A DNA stretch of 64,000 nt. Source: Candidatus Aenigmatarchaeota archaeon. GTDB taxonomy: Archaea > Aenigmatarchaeota > Aenigmatarchaeia > QMZP01 > QMZT01. Both the position numbers and the translations under genes were made by a program. The stretch lies in the NCBI GenBank assembly GCA_026397315.1, contig JAPLVC010000001.1, positions 32,001 through 96,000 on the forward strand, written 5' to 3'. Under the pieces are notes generated by a model. The model was not told the DNA's origin. It saw only the letters and a list, made by a program, of their open reading frames with translations, and did no database searches. This document shows positions 29,742 through 38,316 of the stretch, piece by piece. The first letter of the stretch is position 1, and each line of letters starts with the position of its first letter.

Positions 29742-31115
29742 TTATTTGTGTTTTTTTGTGTGTTTTTCCTCTTTTGCCACAGGTTTTTTCGGGGCTATCT
29801 CGCTGAAGCCCGTATATTTTACCAGCGCCTTGGGAATTTTTATCGTACCATCTCTCGTCTGGCAGTTCTCGAGTATCGCCGTTATCGCGCGCTCAGTCGC
29901 GATGGCAGTCGAGTTTAGAGTATGGACAACTTCTGTTTCTCCGTGTTTGTTCATGAACCTTATACCCAGCTTCCTGGGCTGGTAGTCCGTGCAGTTGGAG
30001 CACGACACCATCTCGCGGAAAGCGCCCTGCGCGGGCATCCACGCCTCGAGGTCGTATTTTATCGCTGCGTTGTCGTTCATCTCGCCAGAGCAGACGGATA
30101 TCACCCTGTAAGGGATGCCCAGCTTCTGGTAAATCGCTTCGGCATTGCCTATGAGCTTCTCGAACCATTTCTCCGATTCGCATGGCTTGCAGAAGACGAA
30201 CTGCTCGACCTTGTCGAACTGATGGACGCGGAATATGCCTTTCGTGTCCTTGCCGTGCGACCCTGCCTCGCGCCTGAAGTTCGTGGAGAAACCGGCGTAT
30301 GTTTTAGGCAGGTCTTTCTCCTGGAATATTTCTCCCATGTGATACGCGGCCAGCGTCTGTTCGGCGGTTGCTATCAGGTAAAGGTCCTCGCCTTCGATCT
30401 TGTAGAGCTGGCTCTCGAAGTCCGCCAGCTCGGCCGCGGCGGAAATCGCCGCCTTCTGCAGCATGAAAGGGGTCCACATCGGAGTGAATCCTTGTTCTAT
30501 AAGGAAGTCAAAAGCGAATCTTATGAGAGCGAGGTTGAGAATGACCAGCTCGTTTTTCAGGTAGTAAAACCTCGCTCCAGCGAGCTTCGCCGCCTTGTCC
30601 GTGTCGGCCAGGTCGAGGCTCTGCAGAAGTTCCGTATGGCCTTTCGGCTCGAAATGCATCGGCTCGAATTCCAGCTTGCCGCGCGTGTCGCGCTTGAAGC
30701 TTTCCATGTCCTTGAGAAGCACGAGAGGCTTGCCCCACGCGCGTATGAACTTGTTCTCCTGGTCGCCATTGCCAACATTGACGTCCTTGTGCAGGATGTT
30801 GCCTATCTTATACCTGTAAATGTCGCGCTCGGCGAGAAGCGCTTCGGCCTTCTTGTCGCTGTGTTCTATCTCCTCGTTTATCTTCCTCATCTCGTGGATT
30901 TTTTCATCCGCTTTCTTGCCCGCCTTCTTCATCTCGGCAATCTCGCGGGAAACAGTGTTCCTCTTGCATTTCAGCGCCTCGACGTGCTTCAGTACGTCAC
31001 GCCATTCCTTGTCAAGCTCCACGACCTTCTCGACGACGGCCGGGTTCTTGTACCTTTTCTTTTCCGAGTCTATGACTGCCTCCGGATTTGTCCTGAAAAT
31101 CTGTATGTCAAGCAT
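29742..31115 (-). CDS. serS: Seryl-tRNA synthetase (bacterial/standard type)
   Basis: 'LIATAE', 'FRREAGSHGKDTKGIFRVHQF', 'EMVSCSNCTDYQ', 'HTLNST'. Confidence 0.97.
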   Translation of the reverse strand: MLDIQIFRTNPEAVIDSEKKRYKNPAVVEKVVELDKEWRDVLKHVEALKCKRNTVSREIAEMKKAGKKADEKIHEMRKINEEIEHSDKKAEALLAERDIYRYKIGNILHKDVNVGNGDQENKFIRAWGKPLVLLKDMESFKRDTRGKLEFEPMHFEPKGHTELLQSLDLADTDKAAKLAGARFYYLKNELVILNLALIRFAFDFLIEQGFTPMWTPFMLQKAAISAAAELADFESQLYKIEGEDLYLIATAEQTLAAYHMGEIFQEKDLPKTYAGFSTNFRREAGSHGKDTKGIFRVHQFDKVEQFVFCKPCESEKWFEKLIGNAEAIYQKLGIPYRVISVCSGEMNDNAAIKYDLEAWMPAQGAFREMVSCSNCTDYQPRKLGIRFMNKHGETEVVHTLNSTAIATERAITAILENCQTRDGTIKIPKALVKYTGFSEIAPKKPVAKEEKHTKKHK

Positions 31116-31123
31116 GTTAGCAC

Positions 31124-31660
31124 CTACTCTTCGGCGTCGTAATTGACTACGCTGAAAACATCATAACCCTTAAGCTTCTCCCGCCCCTTGAGGAAGCTCA
31201 GCTCTATCAGTATCGATATGCCTACAACGTTGCCACCGAGCCTTTCGACGAGTTTCGTCGCCGCTTCCAGCGTCCCTCCGGTCGCCAGCAAATCGTCGAC
31301 TATGAGAACCGTTTCGCCTTTCTTTATCGCGTCCTCGTGTATTTCGAACGCGTCTTTCGAATATTCCGTATCGAACTCCTCGCGCAGCTTTTTCCACGGC
31401 AGTTTGCCCGGCTTGCGCAAAGGCACGAAGCCCGCGCCAAGCTCGTAAGCTATCGCTGAACCCAGGATGAAGCCGCGGCTCTCGGCGGAAACGACTTTAT
31501 CTATGCGTCTGCCATCGAAATGCGACATCATCTGCTTCACGGAACTGCGGAAAGCATTCGCGTCCTGCAGGAGCGTGGTGATGTCCTTGAACATTATGCC
31601 TTTCTTCGGAAAATCAGGCACGGTGCGTATCTTTGACCTCAAATCAACCTTGTTCTCCAT
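31124..31660 (-). CDS. apt: Adenine phosphoribosyltransferase
   Basis: 'PDFPKKGIMFKDITTL', 'ESRGF', 'RKPGKLP', 'VDDLLATGGT'. Confidence 0.96.
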   Translation of the reverse strand: MENKVDLRSKIRTVPDFPKKGIMFKDITTLLQDANAFRSSVKQMMSHFDGRRIDKVVSAESRGFILGSAIAYELGAGFVPLRKPGKLPWKKLREEFDTEYSKDAFEIHEDAIKKGETVLIVDDLLATGGTLEAATKLVERLGGNVVGISILIELSFLKGREKLKGYDVFSVVNYDAEE

Positions 31661-31684
31661 GTTATCAATATTGTTTCAGCGGTT

Positions 31685-31695
31685 TTAAATAAAAT
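31685..31695 (+). repeat. Left direct repeat TTAAATAAAAT (candidate attL core)
   Basis: Identical 11-mer at 51011-51021; coincides with the composition boundary. Confidence 0.65.
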
Positions 31696-31707
31696 ATAGC
31701 GTCCTTG

Positions 31708-31720
31708 GGTTAAACTTTTT
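31708..31720 (+). repeat. Left subterminal inverted repeat GGTTAAACTTTTT
   Basis: 12/13 match to the reverse complement of 50984-50996. Confidence 0.55.
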
Positions 31721-31769
31721 TTAGACCTATTTACTTACAACGCTACCTTATAGAAACGAGAGTGGTGGT

Positions 31770-33014
31770 ATGAAAGAGGGAGACGAAATTTGGGCTAGAA
31801 TGGAAAAAATAAAAAATATGGACGTAAACGCAGAAAACATAAAGACTGTGGTTGAGTTCGACAAGTTGAATGAAATAAACGGACTAACGCCGGGAACAAG
31901 AGTCGGTCACCTAACAATGCTGAGGCATCTTCTGACATATTGTGGCGGCAAACCATTTACCGAGTTGACTGGCTCAGACATAAGGGAGTTCATGGGATTG
32001 CTGAAAGAGAGTAAGGTTGAAACGCAGGTTGATATGAGATTTAACCGTAATGTAGCAAAAAGGGGTGGAAAATTAGAGCAGGGCACCATGAACACATACA
32101 CGCAAAAGGTCAAAAGATTTTTCCGCTACCTCCACAATACCGGAAGAGACACCCCAAAAGTCATACGAGACGCAGACCTCAAGCAGAAACAGGTGGCATT
32201 CAAGCTAACCAGTGCAGACCTGCCCACCGAACAGGAAATACTGAATATGATAAATGCGACCGAAAGTCCACTCTATAAGGCGCTTTTGGCGGTCATGTAT
32301 GACACTGGTATGCGAATAGGGGACATACTTGACCTTAAGTTTAAAGACCTAATGGTGACCGAAAACGAGGTAAGGCTTCGATTTTACATAAGAAAGACGA
32401 AACAACACCTGCTTTACAGTCTTGGCAGTTCGGTAGGCTTTCTTATGAACTGGCACAACCTGCACCCCACCAAAGACCCAGAAAGCCCTCTTTTCTGCAC
32501 AACAGCGACAAACTGCCGTGGTAAGAGGATGTCGCACACAAACGCATACAACATGGTCAAAATGCTCGCAGAAAAGGCTAATATACACAAGAAAGTGTCC
32601 TGCCATACCTTCCGGCATTGTGCGACTGCGAGAGATAAGCCGCATTATAGCGATGAAGAGCTTCGCGTACTTCGTGGATGGACGAGGAATAGCACTATGC
32701 CTTTGAGATATGCGCCAGTCTCAAATGATGCCGTATTTCGAAAGAAACAGATTTTAGAGGGCAAGATTAAGGATGAATTGCAACCAAAAATCATAGAAGC
32801 CCGTAGCTGTCCGAGGTGCAAGAACACTGTCACGCCTGATTCCGCTTACTGTTGCGTGTGTGGTCAACTGCTATCGAAAAAGGTTATCGGTCTCAAGGAC
32901 ATGCTCGAAAACCCTCTCATTTATGAGACCATGAAATCCGAAATCGAAAGGCGGGAAGATTTGAGGCAAAAATACCAGCAACAACTCAATGAGCGGGTCA
33001 TGGCTTTTTCATGA
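31770..33014 (+). CDS. Tyrosine recombinase/integrase with C-terminal zinc ribbon (resembles SNJ2-like archaeal integrases)
   Basis: 'TGMRIGD', 'RKTK', 'HTFRH..T', 'LRGW...S.MPLRY', CPRC...CxxC. Confidence 0.92.
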   Translation: MKEGDEIWARMEKIKNMDVNAENIKTVVEFDKLNEINGLTPGTRVGHLTMLRHLLTYCGGKPFTELTGSDIREFMGLLKESKVETQVDMRFNRNVAKRGGKLEQGTMNTYTQKVKRFFRYLHNTGRDTPKVIRDADLKQKQVAFKLTSADLPTEQEILNMINATESPLYKALLAVMYDTGMRIGDILDLKFKDLMVTENEVRLRFYIRKTKQHLLYSLGSSVGFLMNWHNLHPTKDPESPLFCTTATNCRGKRMSHTNAYNMVKMLAEKANIHKKVSCHTFRHCATARDKPHYSDEELRVLRGWTRNSTMPLRYAPVSNDAVFRKKQILEGKIKDELQPKIIEARSCPRCKNTVTPDSAYCCVCGQLLSKKVIGLKDMLENPLIYETMKSEIERREDLRQKYQQQLNERVMAFS

Positions 33015-34050
33015 CCTCACTTCTTTTTTCTCTTTCAAACTTTGTCATCGTAACCTCAATCTTTCTATCTTCCTTTTTCAACTCATCGAAAAGTTTTTCC
33101 ATTTCTTTCATTTTAGAGTGAAAGTTAACAATGTCTTCTTTCTCATTCAACAACCCATTACACTCTTCAAAAAGCTTCAGACCTCTTTTGCCTATATCTT
33201 CAATATTGGAAAAATATTTTCCCTGCAGGTCAATTATTTTTTGAAAATATTCCTTTTTTTGTTCAAACAACATTTTTTCCATTATATTAATGAATTCCAA
33301 TGTTCTGTATCTCTCATTGATTTTTTTCTGTTTTTCGTTAATTTTATCAATTATTAATCTCCGTATCCTTTCTGGTACATCATATTCGCTTAACCTTTCT
33401 ATTTCTTCCCTCGTTCTATTACCAACAACGATGAGTTTGCCAAAATTTTCAGGTTCTGGGAACAAAACAGATAGCAATGCAAGTCTTATATCCTCTTGCT
33501 CATTTGTTGTGATATTTCTTTTAACGTAACTTTCTACTTCTCCCCGAACATTATTATAACCCATTGTCTTGAGGATTGTTTGTATTTTTAGTGGGTCAGG
33601 TTCTATCCCTAAAATCTGAGAGAATATGTTACAAAATCCAAAATTTTCTTCTTGATCTAAATTCATCACTTTAAAACCTCTACAATACAAACCATTGACT
33701 TTAGCATATTCAAGATAACATTCTATTATGAAATTGACATCCGCTTGATATTTTTCGGGAATTTCAACTGCTCCCCCTCGTGTTAATTTTTTCTTCACAA
33801 GATTTTTTAACATTAGTCTTTTCAAATAGCCGCTTGCATCTTTAGCATCTGTCTTTTTTAAGAGTTTTTTAAAATCATCACATCTTACGACTCTTTTTTC
33901 CAATATATAGAGAAGAATTGCATTTGTTTTTGTATATTTCTTCAACTCATCAATTATTTTTGTTGAATAGTTTTTAGAGTGCATTTTTGTAATATGTATC
34001 TTTCTATTCCTCTCGCTTTCAAACTCATCTCCGCATTCTTCGCATCTCAT
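32998..34050 (-). CDS. C2H2 zinc-finger + winged-helix + coiled-coil protein
   Basis: 'CEECGDEFESERNRKIHITKMH', wHTH-like 'ILLYIL...SGYLKRLMLKNLV', heptad C-terminus. Confidence 0.6.
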   Translation of the reverse strand: MRCEECGDEFESERNRKIHITKMHSKNYSTKIIDELKKYTKTNAILLYILEKRVVRCDDFKKLLKKTDAKDASGYLKRLMLKNLVKKKLTRGGAVEIPEKYQADVNFIIECYLEYAKVNGLYCRGFKVMNLDQEENFGFCNIFSQILGIEPDPLKIQTILKTMGYNNVRGEVESYVKRNITTNEQEDIRLALLSVLFPEPENFGKLIVVGNRTREEIERLSEYDVPERIRRLIIDKINEKQKKINERYRTLEFINIMEKMLFEQKKEYFQKIIDLQGKYFSNIEDIGKRGLKLFEECNGLLNEKEDIVNFHSKMKEMEKLFDELKKEDRKIEVTMTKFEREKRSEVMKKP

Positions 34051-34099
34051 AAAAAACATTCCTTTTTTTCATGTTTTACTTTACGCAATATATACCTTT

Positions 34100-34115
34100 A
34101 AAAAAACGTTTTTTT
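34100..34115. promoter_or_regulatory. Perfect 16-bp palindrome AAAAAAACGTTTTTTT in a divergent promoter
   Basis: Lies between the 34050(-) and 34129(+) starts. Confidence 0.35.
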
Positions 34116-34128
34116 TGGGTGGCGTAAC

Positions 34129-34281
34129 GTGGACAAACAAAAACTTATCAAGCGACTTCGACAAAGTGCAGACCCGGATGACGCTTTACTATCAAAATTA
34201 TTAGAGGATAACGTACTCGAAATGCCTAAAGTCGAAGAAAAGAAAGTGGCGGAGGGCAAGGAGGTTCGTCATGAATCCTGA
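34129..34281 (+). CDS. Small hypothetical protein (50 aa, not in ORF track)
   Basis: GTG start after GGGTGG; MDKQKLIKRLRQSADPDD...; overlaps the next gene. Confidence 0.45.
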   Translation: MDKQKLIKRLRQSADPDDALLSKLLEDNVLEMPKVEEKKVAEGKEVRHES

Positions 34282-34561
34282 CCTCGCCCCTAAAAAGCAG
34301 TTAACGGTGGCTAATTTAATAGGTTTAGCCTTTCTGGACAAGATTTCAGACGGACAAATACACGGTGTCAAGGAAATTCGCTTAACGTCTAATTGTTTCT
34401 TTAGGGGATTCACGCTGTCAAAAAAACAGGTTAATCATGTCTTGCTTGGTCTCGAAAGAGGCGGCTACATCGAAATTAGACGGCGTGGGTTCGGCATAGA
34501 TGGGATAAAAATCACCGATTATGGTCTCGCATTTATTAAAGAAAGTGGAGGTTGTTTATGA
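34271..34561 (+). CDS. Small winged-helix protein
   Basis: 'VNHVLLGLERGGYIEI...IKITDYG'; RBS GGAGG. Confidence 0.6.
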   Translation: MNPDLAPKKQLTVANLIGLAFLDKISDGQIHGVKEIRLTSNCFFRGFTLSKKQVNHVLLGLERGGYIEIRRRGFGIDGIKITDYGLAFIKESGGCL

Positions 34562-35040
34562 CTGAAAATAATAAGGTACTGGAAAAGCTCGATACTCTGA
34601 TTGAAGGGCAAAATCGAATAGTGGAGATGCTCCACAAAAAGGGGTATAGTTCCGAACTTGATATCAAAAAACTTATCGAAATGGTGAAGATGAGAAAAAC
34701 AATTAACAGGGAAACTGTTTGTAGAGAGTTTCAGATTTCTTCGCCAACTGCATTAAAACTCATGAAAAGAATCGATAAGGTCGAAGGAATTAGGTACGGT
34801 ATTGGCATCGGTCGTGTTCAATCTTTTCTGATGTGTGTTGAGCCAAATTCCGTCACCGATAAGGCGTTCGACATCGTTAATGATGTGCCCAAAAAAAGTT
34901 CCATGACCATTGACGAAGCAATGAAAAAATTCAAAATTAATGGCGATGATGAATTTTGGGCAGTGATTCGAAAAATACGTGACTTATTTTCCAATGTAAT
35001 TTTCACGCAAAACGGGAAGCTTGTGAGGTCAGGATTATGA
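34558..35040 (+). CDS. HTH-domain protein
   Basis: 'NRETVCREFQISSPTALKLMKRI'; RBS GGAGG. Confidence 0.55.
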   Translation: MTENNKVLEKLDTLIEGQNRIVEMLHKKGYSSELDIKKLIEMVKMRKTINRETVCREFQISSPTALKLMKRIDKVEGIRYGIGIGRVQSFLMCVEPNSVTDKAFDIVNDVPKKSSMTIDEAMKKFKINGDDEFWAVIRKIRDLFSNVIFTQNGKLVRSGL

Positions 35041-35248
35041 CGTCATTAATTGATATAATAAGCGTTAAGGTATTAGGCGGTGGTTTAAATGGGAAAGTAC
35101 CTATAGTTCGTTTAGCGCTTACCTTAACGAATATTGTAATTATTATAAGAAACATAAAAGTAAGTACTATAGAAAAAAACTTCCTTCTTCTTCAAAATAC
35201 CATTACTACTACGTTAACGCCTCTTGTAGCCATTATGAGGGTGTTTGA

Positions 35249-35524
35249 ATGAAACGAGGAAGAAAGACAAACGAAGAAGCGAGAAAATGCATAAAAGAGC
35301 TCTTAAATAATTCTCTAAAAGGAGTGGTCACACGCGAAGACCTGTGGCGAAAGTTTAAACATGATTACGGCAATGTATGCTCAAAAAGCCTATTCTTCTC
35401 GATTTTAGATGACTTTGAAAGAAAGGGCTGGATTAAGCGAGAAGTTATTTACAAGTTCTCAAAAATAGCGGCGTACAAAGTGCTTAAAATTATCGTAGAC
35501 GCGGTCATAGCAAATGTAAAGTAA
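35249..35524 (+). CDS. Small winged-helix protein
   Basis: 'TREDLWRKF...SKSLFFSILDDFERKGWIKRE'. Confidence 0.55.
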   Translation: MKRGRKTNEEARKCIKELLNNSLKGVVTREDLWRKFKHDYGNVCSKSLFFSILDDFERKGWIKREVIYKFSKIAAYKVLKIIVDAVIANVK

Positions 35525-35602
35525 GTAGGAAATAAAACTGAGACTGTCCTATTAGAAAAACATTTTCGATATGCGTTTATAGCCTAAATACAACATTATG
35601 AC

Positions 35603-36280
35603 ATGATTGAAATAGACACTGCGATTTTACAATTACTCTTTACAGCAGTTGGTGGTTTCATAGGATTTTGTGGAGCCTATTTCATATTCAGACGTCAGGA
35701 AAAAGTCAAAATACAGCTAATGCACTTCGAGAGAATAAAGTTAGAAGTCTTGGAGCCTTGGTTGGATTTCTTGTTACAGGAGGATGTAATGGAGAATTGG
35801 GAAGATGGACAATGGACGGAAGCAATGAATGAGTATGAATCCATGAACAAACAACTATTAAATGACGTTCTGATAAATCATTTTCCTAAACTAAAAATTC
35901 TTAAGAGGTCTTTTGAGAAGGAAAAAAGAATAATGAAAGTGAAGATAAAACAATTGGAGGAAATTTATAAAGGTCGATTTCCAGAACTTGAAACAGTTGT
36001 CGGTAAATCTATAATGAATTTTTTCATAAATGAATCGGATTTGTATAAATTGCATTTGGAAACTACAAATTTGTCTTTCGGTGTAAAGGTTATTGCTCAT
36101 GGAGAAGAAAGGCTATTGAGCAAACTCAAGACTGAGTTAGAAAAAGATTACGGTGGTAAATTAGGAAAGGAAACAAGAAAGATTAACCATAACATAATCA
36201 AAAAATCGAGTTTGATACATACCGAAATAGAGAAGGCTTTGGCAATAGAAAAACTGCCGGGAAAATGTAATCTTATCTGA
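35603..36280 (+). CDS. Hypothetical N-terminally membrane-anchored protein
   Basis: TM 'LLFTAVGGFIGFCGAYFIF' then a helical domain. Confidence 0.6.
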   Translation: MIEIDTAILQLLFTAVGGFIGFCGAYFIFRRQEKVKIQLMHFERIKLEVLEPWLDFLLQEDVMENWEDGQWTEAMNEYESMNKQLLNDVLINHFPKLKILKRSFEKEKRIMKVKIKQLEEIYKGRFPELETVVGKSIMNFFINESDLYKLHLETTNLSFGVKVIAHGEERLLSKLKTELEKDYGGKLGKETRKINHNIIKKSSLIHTEIEKALAIEKLPGKCNLI

Positions 36281-36327
36281 AATTCAAGTCAAATGAAATT
36301 TTTAACTCTCTTCGACAACCTTCCATT

Positions 36328-37362
36328 ATGAAGAGAAAACGGCTTCCCACATTAGTAGCAATGATTTTAACAATCCTGTTTATTTTCGTATTAAACCCGA
36401 GTGTTACATGGATAGCTTATGTGAACTATCCGTTATGCGATATGCGTTTGCATGATTTAGCATCAGAAATAACCAAAAACTCTACGAATGATACACAAGT
36501 TGTTTATGATATAGCATGGTGGGTTTCTAACAACGTAAACTGGAGCGCACAATTCTACTGTCAAAGGTTTCTGTCGGATTGCGAAACTGTATACAAACAG
36601 TGCGGTTCTTGCGGCGGCAAGGCAGACCTCGTAAGAAGCCTCCTCTACACGCTAGGATTTAACGAGGCGACGAAGGGCGGAACCCAAGGTGAAGACCATG
36701 AATGGAACGAAGTCTTTGTAGATGGCAGCTGGATTGCTCTAGATGCATCGGGGGACAGGTATGTTCTCTGGAACTTCTCGAAGAGGGAGCTGGAAGAGAT
36801 AAAGGGAGGAGGCAACGGCTCGTTAAGGCGGTATTCCATAATCAAGAAGTACTACCCTAACGGCACTGTGGTCGATGTCACGAACGAGTACACCGATACG
36901 GGTCATGTCGTTTTAATGGTCTTGGACGAGTATGGAAAGCCAATCGATTCCGCCACAGCGACTGCGAAGAGCCACTCGCTCATGGAAAGCGACCCAACCT
37001 TCACCGCCCCGAAGGACTCGGAACATTGCATTACGAACTCTAGCGGCATCTGCGAATTGAACTTAGGTGGTAACAACTACACATTCGCTGTCTCAAAATA
37101 TTTATTCGTCTACATGAACGAGACGGAGAGTCTTGTAAGCGAGAACTCCAACCTTGAAATAACCATAACATCAAAAATAGACCCAGAAAAGGCGGTTTTA
37201 CTGTTTGTCATAATTGCAGTAACGTCGGTTACAATTCTGTATATCTTTATCAGGTTTTATGTCCCCATGATGCGTAATTGTGTAGTTCGAAAAATTCAAA
37301 ATATATCTCATTCAAGAATTTTAATACAAGAAAGGAAAACAATTATGCTGTCTGAGAGCTGA
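36328..37362 (+). CDS. Exported transglutaminase-like (PNGase-like) protein with Ig-like domain and C-terminal TM
   Basis: Cys-His-Asp triad 'GSCGG', 'DHEWNEV', 'WIALD'; 'DVTNEY'; carboxypeptidase-regulatory-like 'VLDEYGKPIDSA'. Confidence 0.75.
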   Translation: MKRKRLPTLVAMILTILFIFVLNPSVTWIAYVNYPLCDMRLHDLASEITKNSTNDTQVVYDIAWWVSNNVNWSAQFYCQRFLSDCETVYKQCGSCGGKADLVRSLLYTLGFNEATKGGTQGEDHEWNEVFVDGSWIALDASGDRYVLWNFSKRELEEIKGGGNGSLRRYSIIKKYYPNGTVVDVTNEYTDTGHVVLMVLDEYGKPIDSATATAKSHSLMESDPTFTAPKDSEHCITNSSGICELNLGGNNYTFAVSKYLFVYMNETESLVSENSNLEITITSKIDPEKAVLLFVIIAVTSVTILYIFIRFYVPMMRNCVVRKIQNISHSRILIQERKTIMLSES

Positions 37363-37964
37363 TGATGATGTCAAAGAAATTCAACGCTGTGGAAATAAGT
37401 TCAGATTTTAGAAAACAAATCGATGGAGAGATATCTTGGATAGAAAAATCCTGTAACGACTATAAATATTTCAGACAATTTATTATAATCTCGTACATAG
37501 ATATTGATTTGTTTGTCGAAAAAACTCTAATAATTTTTTTTAACTGGTTACAAGAAAATGTTAGATATGCGAAAGCAGGGAGTAAAGAAGAATCGTTATT
37601 ATTTAAAGTGAGTAATTTTCATCTCGGAGGTCTTTTTCTGGATGCAATAAATGGAAAAAAACTGCACAGTAAGATGGAAATTTTGGAAAAATATTTAAGC
37701 AAAGAAAGTAAAACTGATTTCAAAAATTTCCGAAAAAATGTCAATATCATCAGGGATTTGAGAAACCAAGCTGCCCACGGACTTGTTACTGAAGATATGA
37801 TTAAATTCAAAGGGGAAAACGTAAGGATGAATATGGAAGTTTTCGAGGAGATAAAAAGCCTCGTTATAGGTACGATAAAATTACTTGAAGATATAGAAAT
37901 AGACCCGTATATGGACAATAAAAATTTTATGAAGAAACTTTTTCAGATTAAAACAAGTATGTAG
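37362..37964 (+). CDS. HEPN-superfamily protein (possible RNase toxin)
   Basis: R-x4-H motif 'RNQAAH' in an all-helical protein. Confidence 0.6.
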   Translation: MMMSKKFNAVEISSDFRKQIDGEISWIEKSCNDYKYFRQFIIISYIDIDLFVEKTLIIFFNWLQENVRYAKAGSKEESLLFKVSNFHLGGLFLDAINGKKLHSKMEILEKYLSKESKTDFKNFRKNVNIIRDLRNQAAHGLVTEDMIKFKGENVRMNMEVFEEIKSLVIGTIKLLEDIEIDPYMDNKNFMKKLFQIKTSM

Positions 37965-37990
37965 AAATCATTTTATGTTTCATATGATGA

Positions 37991-38290
37991 TTATTTCATA
38001 ACTTTGTACCCACACCTTTCCAGCAACTTCTTCGCGTTCTCTATCTCGTTGTTCTTCGGCTCAAAAATCTCTCTCAGAATTTCCAGCACGTGGTCGTTTC
38101 TAAATTCTTTATCGTTCTTGATGGACTCATAATAACTTTTTAATGCCCTGATTTCAGACTGTCTCGCCTCTTTCATTGCATTTTGAAAATCGGCATCATT
38201 TTTGAACTTCTCCCCCATTTCTTTTTCCATGTAGCGCAGTCCAAACATTCTCAATATGCTATCGAAAATCTCGGATTTTATTTGGTTCAT
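37991..38290 (-). CDS. Small hypothetical protein
   Basis: 99-aa ORF co-oriented downstream of the restriction enzyme. Confidence 0.5.
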   Translation of the reverse strand: MNQIKSEIFDSILRMFGLRYMEKEMGEKFKNDADFQNAMKEARQSEIRALKSYYESIKNDKEFRNDHVLEILREIFEPKNNEIENAKKLLERCGYKVMK

Positions 38291-38316
38291 TTTTCTTTCT
38301 CATATCGCATAAATTT

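Noticed and set aside
31660-31770. tRNA-derived att site
   Set aside because: No tRNA or tRNA 3' fragment at either island end.
35037-35252. 71-aa ORF as a real gene
   Set aside because: Unnatural composition and dyad-rich DNA; start/stop overlaps leave it possible, but it is not supportable.
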